Assembly (NCBI GenBank): GCA_977030845.1
Contig: OZ365115.1
Span: 17,050,001 to 17,114,000 of the forward strand
DNA from: Fimbriosthenelais zetlandica
Taxonomy: Eukaryota
Length of the DNA stretch: 64,000 bases
Direction of reading: 5' to 3'
The notes beneath the pieces were generated by a model. The model did not search any database, was not told the origin of the DNA, and saw only the letters and a program-made list of their open reading frames with translations. The position numbers and the translations under genes are program-made. Position 1 is the first letter of the stretch; every line of letters begins with the position of its first letter. Shown piece by piece: positions 57,101 to 64,000 of the stretch.

Positions 57101-59526
57101 CAAAAATGTGGCTGTAATACATCTTATGCATATGCCTATATATAAAGCTTCCACTCCCCAAAATGGGTTTTTGCCTGAAGAAATGCACCCTCCACCATTC
57201 CGTAAGGCCATAAATGCCAGGCGATCATCCAATATTAACAACTCCTCTATTATCGACCATAACACTGTATTATCGCTCAACCTCCACAGCGTCATCTATA
57301 TGAATCAGGAGACTTCCGGGACCAGTTGTAAGTCAACTTTACACCATTTTTAAATCCTAGGGGAGGTATAGAGCTGAGTGGCACACATTACTGGATTAGG
57401 GTGTGGGTGCTTTACTCACTTCGCCCATAGAAGATGAGCTATTGCTATGGGTTTTTAAGGCGACAAAATGTGTGGGAAAAAATAGTGTAGCTTGAGAGCT
57501 TGGCTTCTGAGGAGGGGAAAGGTGGTAGCGGATGAAATTTGTGATAATTTATTCAGATTATGGACAATGTAGCGAGTTCAGACTGCCAGCCATGCACTGA
57601 GAGGTCCATACCAGTTTAAATGGACCCATGTTCAAATCAAGCAAAACTTACTTTCCCAAAATGATTGGGAAATATATAATAGAAGCAATTAGAGATGGCG
57701 ATTCTAGCTCCCCCACTTTCCGCTCCGCTCCAGGCCTCACCCAATGGACAGAAGAACTTTCATTCAAGAAAGCATTGCAAAATATTTTTTTAAAAAAACG
57801 TCAACAAAACAAAATACCTTACTTATAGACAATAATGAAACAGAATGCAATAATACTTTCTTAATTATTGTTCATTTTCCTGAAAAAAAATAGGAAATAG
57901 TAGAACAAAAATCAATTTAAATCTTGCCTACTCACCTCGCCATTACTACTGCAGACTTTAATACCAGATAACGATATGACTAACAATACGGGCTTTGTCC
58001 GAGTCTGTCCCTGAAAGCAAAAAAACAAATTCATTGAAATGTTTTGGTTTCTAGCAATTTATTCTACTTTTATAACTTAGTTTCCTGAAGAAAACAAATG
58101 CATTGCAATTTTTTTTAGAGGAAATAGGCCAATTGTGAATCAAACTGGCATAATTAATATAAACATTGGCCCAACAAAGGCATCACGTCACCAAAACTAT
58201 AGCATTACCATGGGGTGATATATAACCCTACTGACAAAAACCATACACCCAACCAGGGGCACAGAGAATCAATAACCAATGAAAAGCCGCCATGAGGCGA
58301 GAAGCCACAAGTCTATCTAACAAGCCTGCCCATTGGCTGAGCCCCATCACATGATCTCTTAATCTGCTTGATGATTGGCCGCATAGCGGGCTGGACAAGA
58401 TCAAACGCTGGTGCTCCCCTCTGGTGTCACAAGAAGGAACATGGACAGGTCAATATGACGCTCACATGACAATAACACTATCAAGTACACATTTGCATAG
58501 TTCCCATGGCAACCCGGCTAAAAGGGCCAATCAATAAGAGTCTGTTGGCGATATTAAATTGACGTTTTCTGATCATTGGAGGGGAGGGGGGGCAGGGGCT
58601 GGGAGAGGGAGGATTTGTAAAATATTCAATACTTTTTGCATACACACAGTGTTTTGACACTCAATCCATCAAAGAATGCTCTAATTTGTATACCTTTGGG
58701 TATTGATTTTTTCATTTATACAATATTGCCCACAGAGGCGCTCTACAATGATGATCACTTCAATAACAGATTCTTAAATTTTCACACTCTCGGAAATACC
58801 AGCAAAGTTATATTAGCCTTAATTAACAAAATACACCCAAGTATCTCGAACTGAAAATATTTTCGGTTCCACAATGATGAACACTCCCAAAACAGGCTCT
58901 TAGATTTCCACACTCTCAAAAATACCAGCAACTTTTAGCAATAGATATGACACCCAAATCTTGAACCGAAAATCATTTGGTTCCACAATGATGGCACTCT
59001 TAGATTTTCATACTCAAAAATGTTAACAGAGAGAAGAGTTATGAAATAAAGGTTTAATTATCAGTCATCTATAATTAAGGAATAATTGATACATAGGTGA
59101 TTTTATTTAATTCTGTACCTCCTCATCCGTCAGCATTTACACCTTTCAATGAAAACTCCAGATTAGTTCCATTCCCGGGAGGGTGAGGGCGCCACCGGTC
59201 TGACCAGAGAATCTGTCGGCGGCCAATCAGGGATCAGTAGGTCAAATGACTACCCCTTAGTATGATGTCACTACCGGTTAGGGCTTTATCATTCATTCGT
59301 AGGGGTTACATGACCATTAGGTCTATATTATTTATTAAATCGGCAAACCTGTTCTCCGTGTGTATTTTACTGGGGTTGGCCTACATGCATAAATTTATAT
59401 TTACCAATAAAAGATGGCTTTAAATATTATTGTGAAAGGACTTACCCTCATCTCGGCTAACTGTGTTCGAACATACTCCGCTCGAGAATTTTGGTCCTCC
59501 CCCACCACGGAGAAAGATCCAATATA
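35781..59526 (-). CDS. SH2D5: SH2D5-like PTB-domain adaptor, partial spliced model: join 59526-59446, 58010-57936, 41871-41725, 39832-39527, 39115-38777, 36106-35781
   Basis: All junctions GT-AG and in frame (phase 0 x5, last donor phase 2). Spliced protein YIGSFSVVGEDQNSRAEYVRTQLAEMR-GQTRTKPVLLVISLSGIKVCSSNGE-SVYMAHALKRISYATCDPDNRQFSFLAREPKGHTSVQYCHAFITTSPEQ-AEELNNIVGNAFKMAY matches my recollection of the SH2D5 PTB (YVGSF...LKFSLQGLKIYS...MAHALRRI...FAFMAR...FCHLF). Start codon and SH2 exons not found. Confidence 0.8.
37150..37510. repeat. (GGAA)n / GA-rich tract
   Basis: Directly visible. Confidence 0.9.
38545..38749. mobile_element. ~200-bp foldback MITE, copy 1
   Basis: Long imperfect inverted arms (tgcgacaaaggtgatgctt... 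/ ...aagcatcacctttgtcgca); related copy at 63398-63590. Confidence 0.65.
38777..39115 (-). CDS. SH2D5: SH2D5-like exon (113 codons)
   Basis: Acceptor GGTTTTCAG|GCC, donor GAG|GTGAGT, open frame AKQVAGKSKHK...DDDSNE. Confidence 0.8.
39527..39832 (-). CDS. SH2D5: SH2D5-like exon (PTB C-terminal helix + coiled coil, 102 codons)
   Basis: Acceptor CTCCCCCAG|GCC, donor TGG|GTGAGC; GNAFKMAY helix followed by an E/Q/K/R-rich coiled coil. Confidence 0.88.
40075..41490. mobile_element. Probable non-autonomous repeat element with an internal ~90-bp duplication
   Basis: CpG-richer block; gactgcgccggtcctaata...catcaaa...cggccc occurs at 40908 and 41131. Ends and class not resolved. Confidence 0.35.
41725..41871 (-). 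CDS. SH2D5: SH2D5-like exon (PTB core, 49 codons)
   Basis: Acceptor TTTATTTACAG|AGT, donor CAG|GTAAAA; MAHALKRISY...YCHAF. Confidence 0.9.
41968..42258. repeat. ~75-bp tandem repeat, 4 copies
   Basis: Unit ttataacaggt...gagggagataacctctaatcgaccaagtgagaaagtaaaatatccact... starting at 41968, 42043, 42120, 42195. Confidence 0.93.
43271..44519 (+). other. Putative 5'-UTR intron of pyruvyltransferase-fusion copy 1
   Basis: Consensus donor AAG|GTGAGT at 43271; branch-like CTGAC near 44499 and acceptor TTATTCTTTCCAG| ending 44519, 29 nt before ATG 44549. Confidence 0.45.
43668..43733. mobile_element. Tc1/mariner-type hairpin MITE, right end truncated
   Basis: TA-CAGTCTGTTCACTCTAAGTTGATCCGAAAC...GTTTCGGATCAACT; 59/60 identical to 56911-56970. 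Confidence 0.6.
44549..47254 (+). CDS. TPT/SLC35E-like transporter + degenerate GT32 + polysaccharide pyruvyltransferase fusion, copy 1 (901 aa from first ATG)
   Basis: Single open frame. ~10 hydrophobic segments with DMT/TPT-like signatures (WCTATILYTN, LTASQF, VFTIKLLDP), extra TM at 45566-45622, GT32-like LALLWKYGEIVVDAN and HPFIRHLMTNFV, pyruvyltransferase motifs NFGDEIQSLA, GPVGTRD, FCGCMTL, AKLVITGRIHVALPCVALGTPV. AATAAA at 47608. Confidence 0.85.
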   Translation: MAGQEDLKYNSLRKVTYILTWCTATILYTNQWIQAYRKHPDYLQLTASQFSIALIIQLLYLLLYKRDNHRGELQKWPNFLESTVVGFLFLISDLCLTAAFVTTPVAVVFTIKLLDPGISKMRYVKDYRIGYLIKDLLPVAVLVAIVTGLNPGFTGSGAIFATISLVTFHLGRNRLKGPNQTVIENLEPQKMNSKLNFFGSCGDEVVIFMTLLTGSLLGVAGVLIHGQINANFCHTIRPQVAWLALYFFIQKNMSLLFYMGTTRSYSGTISSLQTVSIILASTFLQRNAVSVLSTLVTLAAVLVVCLQDFLGKKSDQEGERTSQITTDSSTFSSTRSTVRFVRFLAVTFLIYLAVLHTCNTKTGSLKKGEGPPTIRVAWTFTENISDAHLKNFLNIQHSFPGSKMEIFCSNEACMKSVATMSSTQDVKASRLQIFDLTNGTPLHQWVSRHPILKIQAGPHYERHLQKVLQLALLWKYGEIVVDANIKITHMEAFETKVRKMDGNVCYNGNNLPLALCYTEKSGHPFIRHLMTNFVASYQIKGPTVWPSKWQYKQDIWPYDFDFTNFVDNYSHNCTHPCTKIPIKNTSPSLALDRVLKRKKIALLSYTTTNFGDEIQSLAVAHLLPRVDYLIQRENPKTIPAEDVVLVTNAFWTHKGILFQSPNSIKPLLVSVHLNNIIKGIESKVTKSKEYFIKHGPVGTRDTNTLKIFKSLGIPAVFCGCMTLWIKNPFDYGHPRGNKIYIVDIQGSPKQLLPNSIIKNAKVLQHSLGTPRGSQVRFRVAEELLRMYAQAKLVITGRIHVALPCVALGTPVIFLNKKTLYGATSESPSARVTGLLDLFHTVDWYKMTDVEIKNFLHNFNWDNPPPNPNPELARKLMKTTKGMVTKDESIKNAMDMYYDFNA
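47729..47808. mobile_element. 80-bp perfect-hairpin MITE with 2-bp (AT) TSD
   Basis: CCCAGCAGGCACAAGACGTCTTCACAACGTCT / AGACGTTGTGAAGACGTCTTGTGCCTGCTGGG perfect inverted repeat, 16-nt spacer, AT on both sides. Confidence 0.7.
48042..48246 (-). pseudogene. Inverted, internally deleted relic of a further fusion-gene paralogue (GT32-like region)
   Basis: Minus strand reads LQILTYGIPSYKWVSRHP, then FVASYQFKGPSVSPYELIFKREIWSYDFNFTVFVDNYSHN*, collinear with LQIFDLTNGTPLHQWVSRHP and FVASYQIKGPTVWPSKWRYKKDIWPYDFNFTNFVDKYSHNC. Confidence 0.85.
48805..51471 (+). CDS. Transporter + degenerate GT32 + pyruvyltransferase fusion, copy 2 (888 aa)
   Basis: Same architecture and motifs (NIGDEIQSLA, GPVGTRD, SSRVHVALPC). 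AATAAA at 51503. Confidence 0.85.
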   Translation: MTRSGNLKCSSLQVTYILTWCTATILYTNQWIQAYHNHPDYLQLTASQFSITLTIQLFCLLLYKRDNHRGELQKWPNFLESTVVGFLFLISDLCLTAAFVTTPVAVVFTIKLLDPVISKMRYVKDYLIGYLIKELLPVAILVAIATGLNPGFTGSGTIFATISLVTFHLGRIRLKDPNTGVNENSKKTGCEKLNCLPRYEVVIFMTLLTGSLLGVAGVLIHGQINANFCHAIRPQVAWLALYFFIQKNMSLLVYMGTSRSYSGTISSLQTVSIILASTYLQGNAVSVLSTLVTWAAVLVVCLQDSDRNLRENRSQTTTNSSDFSYGSGLMSTLKFARFLAITFLIYLAVFHICRNSQGKPPTIRVAWTFTEKISDAHLNNLLNVQHSFPGSTMEVFCSNEACMKSVAIISSAQDVKASRLQIFDLTNGTPLHQWVSRHPILKIQAGPHYERHLQKVLQLALLWKYGEIVVDANIKITHMEAFETEVRKIDGNVCYNGNNLPLALCYTEKSGHPFIRHLMTNFVASYQIKGPTVWPSKWRYKKDIWPYDFNFTNFVDKYSHNCTNQCTGIPIKNSSITFDKVLKGQKFALLCYSSDNIGDEIQSLAAAHVLPRVDYFIQRDNPKTIPAENVVLIANGFWPKEGILFQSPNTIKPLLVAMHLDNIIKVIESKVTKSKEYFIKHGPVGTRDINSLKIFHSLGIPAVFSGCMTLWIRNAFGHEQPRENKIYIVGSSEPLLPQSVRKNAIYLTHTVNFPNNKYERFRVAEELLRMYANAKLVISSRVHVALPCVAMGTPIIFLNRKSMYGATTRSPSARVSGLLDLFHTVDWYKMTDAEIKNFLHNFNWDNPPPNPNPELARKLMKTTRGILTKDDIIKDSLHMYYDFIANHY
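51801..52118 (+). mobile_element. Decayed LINE reverse-transcriptase fragment, same clade as 18186-20960
   Basis: LFIIFINDILN*PLCSRVSMNADDTAFVL...WCANTGLKIN...TVTYLGIKLD aligns with LFIIFVND...YADDTAFVL...WCDKNGLMIN...TVLYLGIKID; in-frame stop and YADD changed to NADD. Confidence 0.8.
52419..55088 (+). CDS. Transporter + degenerate GT32 + pyruvyltransferase fusion, copy 3 (889 aa; ATG 52431 aligns with copy 2 start)
   Basis: Same architecture; NIGDEVQSLA, GPVGTRD, TAHIHVALPC. AATAAA at 55558. Confidence 0.85.
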   Translation: MIPEMTGSGNLKYNSLQVTYILTWCTATILYTNQWTQAYHKHPDYFQLTASQFFLALVIQLFYILLYKRDNQRAEPPKWPNFQISVVSILFLISDLCLTAAFVTTPVAVVFTIKLLDPVISKIRCIKDCLIKEVLLVAILVAIATGLNPGFTGSGTIFAIISLVTFHLSRIRLKDPNAVVNENSKKTGCVKFNFLPRYEVVIFMTLLTGSLLGVAGVLIHGQINANFCHAIRPQVAWLALYFFIQKNMSLLVYMGTSRSYSGTISSLQTVSIILASTYLQGNAVSVLSTLVTWAAVLVVCLQDSDRKRENRSQMTTDSSDFSYGSVLMSTLKFARFLAITFLIYLAVFHICRNSQRKPPTIRVAWTFTEKISDAYLNNLLNVQHSFPGSTMEVFCSNEACMKSVATMSSTQDVKASRLQIFDLTNGTPLHQWVSRHPILKIQAGPHYERHLQKVLQLALQWKYGEIVVDANIKITHMQAFETEVRKMDGNVCYNGNNLPLALCYTEKSGHPFIRHLMTNFVDSYEIKGPTMWPSKWQWKSERDIWPHDFNFNNFVNNYSLACTSPCTRIPIIHAQESLELDPVLNSKKFALIRYYRTDNIGDEVQSLAAAHVLPRVDHFIQRDNAITIPAENVVLITNAFWPKEGVIFQSPNTVKPLLVAVHLDDTEEGLEARVTKAKEYFIKHGPVGTRDTNSLNILNSLGIPALFSGCMTLWIQNPFGHKLPRGNEIYVVDVVRGQEPLLPEFVRKNGVFLKHIRGFPDNHQVKFRIGEELLRMYAQAKVVVTAHIHVALPCVAMGTPVIFFNRRNLVGASSKKPSARVTGLLDLFHTVDWYKMTDVEIKNYLHNFNWDNPPPNPNAENAKEMMKTMRGMLTKDDSIKNSIDMYYGF
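56905..56990. mobile_element. Tc1/mariner-type hairpin MITE, complete, TA-flanked
   Basis: TA-CA(T)TCTGTTCACTCTAAGTTGATCCGAAAC...GTTTCGGATCAACTTATAGAGTGAACAGACTG-TA. Confidence 0.65.
57936..58010 (-). CDS. SH2D5: SH2D5-like exon (PTB beta strands, 25 codons)
   Basis: Acceptor TTTTGCTTTCAG|GGA, donor GAG|GTGAGT; KPVLLVISLSGIKVC. Confidence 0.9.
58276..58579. promoter_or_regulatory. CCAAT-box-rich promoter-like region with an X-box
   Basis: CCAAT/ATTGG at 58276, 58332, 58374, 58527, 58575; GTTCCCATGGCAAC 58500-58513; G-rich tract immediately after. Confidence 0.4.
59446..59526 (-). CDS. SH2D5: SH2D5-like exon (PTB start, 27 codons)
   Basis: Acceptor TTTTATTTCAG|TAT, donor AGG|GTAAGT; YIGSF motif. 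Confidence 0.9.
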
Positions 59527-62500
59527 CTGAAATAAAAGCAAACAGTCATTACAATCCCAGCCGATTTAATTGCATGCGTAACATGTATACTAGCCCTAGA
59601 TATCGGAAGGTTTTTGGTTTGACCCAGCCGGGGTTCGAACCAGCCACCTGCCACACATGGGGCAGGTATACACTCTAAACACTACACCGCCGTGTTCAGT
59701 TCTTTCTGTGTTCTATGTTCAATGTGTTATTTCTGCACTAAACTAAGAATAATGTTGTTTGAATGTCCCATGTGCCAATTCTAAACGAGGTTTCAGTTGA
59801 TTAGTCTATACACAACAGGTCTATCGTTAACACATCATTGCCGACCAGATGAAATTGAGATCAAGCTACAGATATAGATAGAAGCCTCAAGTTAGCAGAC
59901 CTTGCCAATAATATGAATTCAAAGAGAATAAAAAGAGCAAGCCCTCGAGGAGGTCATTCTTTATACAATGTATGATTATTTACATTCCTTTTGATGTCTC
60001 CCTTCCAGCTCTCTCCCCACCCCAACCCCGAACCCCATTCTCTTCATAGCCGCCCTTTCTCTTTACCCTAAGGACAGCACCAGCCGCCCTTGCCGATCAT
60101 AACGCCTCTGGCGGCAGACCCTCAAGTTGACATAGAATGTGTGGGTGTGTTTACACAACTCGTCTGATGCCCTGGGGAGACCTCTCGTGGCTAAACCATT
60201 AACCAGGGAGAGAGCTCTATGCAAGGAAAATGCCGCACGATGCATGCTACATGTATCTTAAATTAACACTTATATACGACAGGACGTCAAGGCAAAAGTT
60301 GCCGTGTAAATTCAAATTTACGAAAATTCAAATTTAACAAAACTGATTACAACATCTTAAACGAATTTCTCATGCAATGGGGCGGATAATTTATAACAAT
60401 AGAGACACTATTTTACCGATCGTTTCTGGATGAGTCCCCCAAAAAATGTTAGCTTTTATTTTTAAAAATGGGCTAAAATACAATCGCGCTGATTTAAGAC
60501 TAATTAAAGAAACAACTGTGTTTTTAAGTTGGAAGCATTTACGTAAAGAGGAAGGATCCAAATCAAAGCAATTGAAAAGGTGTTTCAACAACGAATGAAA
60601 CAAGGATTTTTAATGAAGGCATCTGGAAGGGAAAGTGTCAGAGATGCTGAGAGGTGGACACAGATGTGGGAAGTCCCGTGTTTTTTTATGAAAGTTAAAA
60701 ACGGAGAAGGACATGAATGGTGAATGTGACAATGTTTGTACTTCAGAAAAGTTTGTAGTTCATGCAAGCTTCACAAACGCTCATTAAGAATCAACGGGAA
60801 TACAATATCGGAGTAGACGTGTTCATAAATTAATACTAAACCTTTTTATCTCAAACTATCCTTTATATCCTTCTCCGTCTCGCCCTCTCTTTTCCCCTCA
60901 CTCTATTCTCTCGTGATTTAGATAACATTTAGCTATATAGGCGCAAGATCATGGTAAAGTCATTTCCACAAAGCGCCTTGAGCCTAGAACCTTGTATCAA
61001 AGATCTGTCCAGTATCTTTGCTTCTATTGTGCTTTATCCGGTAAAAATATGTTCAGAAAAATAACAATTATTGAAAATAAATTGCATTAAATTCTTAAAT
61101 GACAATAATTAGCGATGAACAATTCTTTCTTAAACTAAATTCTAAAGAACATGTAGTATTTAGTTGGTGTGAAGGACTTTCGTGCAGTGCAGATGAGCCT
61201 AATTGCACAGTCACTATACAGTGACCAGCTGCTAGTCTTGCTCAGCGATGGTTGATTGACAGGTGGTAAACACATGAGTGACAGGTGCATTCCTGGCAAT
61301 CAAACTCTCAATCAACAGTCACACTACATTCTCACCCATCCTTCTACTCTCTTCCTCACCTCTGCTCCCCTTACAGTTCTCTATCCTAGTAGTTCCCCTG
61401 CCTGATTCCCTCACGATATCTCCCTGCATGGCAGCCTGTCTGCCTCCCCTTAATTATACCCTCCCCTGTCTATTTGCCTGTCTCTTGGGGTGTCTGTCTG
61501 TCTGTCTTCTCTCTCATCCTCCCCTCCTCTTTCCCTGACTCATCCCTGACGTCACAGGAAGTGGGTATTGCATCAGATTCGCTCACATTTTGCACGTATT
61601 ATCGCCCACATCAAGGTCGCGCACTCGCGAGATTCGACTCAAACTTGTATTTAATTCAGTTAATAACCAAAATTAATACAATTTGACTATTGACATCAGC
61701 AAGTTATCATGATAGTTAATGATTGGTTGTGCTACATTCAAATAAAAATGTCTTTTAAGTAAGTCTCGCGCTCCCGAGATTTCAGATTTTTGAAAAAAAA
61801 AAAAATGAAAACGAAAACGAGAATGAAAATGAAAACGAGATTTGAAACGAGATTTGAAAAAAAAAGTTTGTTTTTTTTTATTTTTTTTTTTTATATAAAA
61901 TAAAAAAAAAAAAAATTTGGAATTTGTAAATTTTTTTTTTTTTTTTTTTTTTCTGTGAACATTCTCGGCTTCCGTAGGCGAACAGGGGGATCTTCCTTTT
62001 TCCCTTCATCATTCATTGACTCTCTCTATCTCTCTCCTCTTCTCCCTCCCTCTCTCTTCCTTTCTATCATTCTCTTTCCTTGAGGTACTACATGTATAAG
62101 CCGTATATCTCGTCTTGTTTAAAAAAAATACCATCTATTGCGGCGGAGGCAAAAAAAAACAACGGAGGAAAGATAAACGGCGCTAGGGTTTAGACTAACG
62201 TTTACCTCAACTATCTTAACGACAATCTCAAGTGAAACGACATCTAAACATAACACATCTCACTTAATTGCTTCCATCTTGAAGAGGAAAAAAACACCAC
62301 TATCTCCACTTGATTTAATCCCCCCAATCTTCCCAATTTGGCCAAGACCAAATCCCACCTTTCTACGAAAACTTAATTGCGATCCTGCCGTGGAATTCTT
62401 TTCTTTTTAAAGGGAGATCCCCGCTGATAGCATCGAGTCCCCTTGATTCAATTAAGCCTGTAAAAAATGAGTTAATTCCGATTAAATTCGGATTTTTTTT

Positions 62501-63397
62501 ATCAGTCAAGGATGTATTGATTCAGAGAGTTTATCTTGGTTGTAGCGTAGCGGGGGGGGGGGGGGGGGGGGAGGTAGTTGAGGGGGGAGGGGGTTGATGG
62601 GTGCGGGGCGGAGTCTATTGGAGGGCAATTATTCCGGATCCTACCCAGCATTGGTCATAATCTTGCAATGTTGGCAAGACTTCCACTGGGCTGGAAGTGA
62701 AATTTGCAAGACGATGTAGAACTGGATGGGGGCAGTGCTTTGACTTGGCAGTCAGAGATGGTATCATTGATGGATCGGAAGCTGAGATACACATGAGCAA
62801 TTACATGGGGGCATAATTGTACGCTGGATTAGGTGGACAAGGCGGGGGGGTTCCCCTCCCCCTGACTAGTCCACGTTTAGGCCTACATGTCCACCGCAAG
62901 GAGGGGCTCAGGGGGCTTGTATAAAACCCCCCTTTTTTTTATGAAACTCACTAGATTTGTATGAATCAATACAGGGCCCTCCCTCTCATCCCTTCTCTGT
63001 ATTTGGTTCTTCCCTGCATTTTTGAATTATATAATAGGCCTACAAGAATCTTTCCAAATTCCAGAGAAGCATGGTTAAAAAAATACATCTGGATAAAGGC
63101 CCGAATATCCAAATTATTTTTTCCTTTTATTTGCCTTAATACGTGTATTTGCACACAATATCGATAAATTCTTTTAGTGCAAAGTAAATTGAGAATTACT
63201 GATAATCAACATTAGAGTTCATAGAATGACAAGAAGACAAGGCAGGTCTGTGATTACAAGTATATAGAAAGATGAGATGGTAATCACAGTTATTGATGGC
63301 TGCCCAGAATGAAACTGATGGGACGTCCAAGAGCGGAGCGGATTCATGGGGTTGAGGGCGCGATGGGGGATGTTGACGGAAGCTGCATGTACACTAA

Positions 63398-63590
63398 AAA
63401 GCCCGGTCTCCACTGCTGCGATTTTGCTTGCGACACTACTGCTACAAAGATGATGTCGCAAATATGACAAATATATCAGTGGAAGACAATGGACGCTTCG
63501 ACCACAATTTGTACAATGTTATTGCGACACAAGCATCATTTTTATCGCAGTAGTATCTCAAGCAAAATCGCAGCAAAGGAGGACTGACCT
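63398..63590. mobile_element. ~200-bp foldback MITE, copy 2
   Basis: Arms aagcccggtctccactgctgcgattttgcttgcgac... and ...tgcgacacaagcatca...gcaaaatcgcagc match the 38545-38749 element. Confidence 0.6.
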
Positions 63591-64000
63591 GAGATAGAGA
63601 GGGGAGAGACTGCATGGGCAGATATAGCCCATATGATCGGCCCTTTCTAGGGCTCCGCAGGCTCCAACCAGAGGAACAGAGAGATGGATACTCTATCAGG
63701 GCAGTTTGCTTAAAAGGAAACTGACTACTTACACCTCAAGGGCAAGTTGGTAAGTTTTTCAAGCAAGTTAAAACTCCCATTTGACAGGGGAAATGAACAA
63801 TATAGTCTGAAATCTGAAAAGCTCAACTAGGAAATATAAAGAGAAAGTAGAGTCGGGAATGAGTCACAACAAAACTTCTCAAACCTCCTGAAGTCACAGG
63901 AGAAATGCATTTCGATATAGGAATACTGAAGAGCAAATCAGTGAGGGTATATATAGTCAGAACTCCCCATCTCAGTTCACCTGACTTGCTTTAATAAAGG

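Noticed and set aside
60063-60245. Candidate upstream exon of the PTB gene
   Set aside because: The phase-0 frame has a stop and no ATG; the open frame exits in the wrong phase.
61610-61980. Repeat-like block with AACGAG subrepeats ending GGCTTCCGTA
   Set aside because: Likely a transposon end, but no partner terminus or TSD was found, so not classified.
62615-62800. ATG-containing phase-0 exon candidate (...YDQCW|GTAGGA)
   Set aside because: Weak donor, no similarity to the region expected before YIGSF.

Overview
Eukaryotic (animal) genomic DNA: AT-rich, with spliceosomal introns, microsatellites, LINE/MITE debris and one 132-N gap. An invertebrate such as an echinoderm is my guess from composition only. 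The backbone is a large minus-strand gene. Six GT-AG exons (59526 down to 35781) splice in frame into an SH2D5-type PTB-domain adaptor, whose start codon and SH2 exons I could not find in the window. Two further minus-strand ATG-initiated exons (26143-25938 and 6886-6153) end in the same splice phase and may be alternative first exons. The standout is inside the ~16 kb intron that splits the PTB domain. It holds three tandem plus-strand paralogues (44549-47254, 48805-51471, 52419-55088), each with an uninterrupted ~2.7 kb ORF. Each encodes the same unusual fusion: a ~10-TM TPT/SLC35E-like transporter, an extra membrane anchor, a GT32 (A4GALT-like) domain lacking its DxD motif, and a polysaccharide pyruvyltransferase domain. 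This looks like a single-chain Golgi glycan-pyruvylation system (PEP import plus pyruvyl transfer), a chemistry barely described in animals. The cluster shows mosaic identity, variable catalytic loops, an inverted relic of a fourth copy and flanking MITEs. Also present: a tandem tRNA-Val(AAC)/tRNA-Val(CAC) pair, a 5'-truncated LINE with an open APE-RT frame, minisatellites and several transcription-factor motif clusters. All domain calls are by-eye motif recognition, not database searches.
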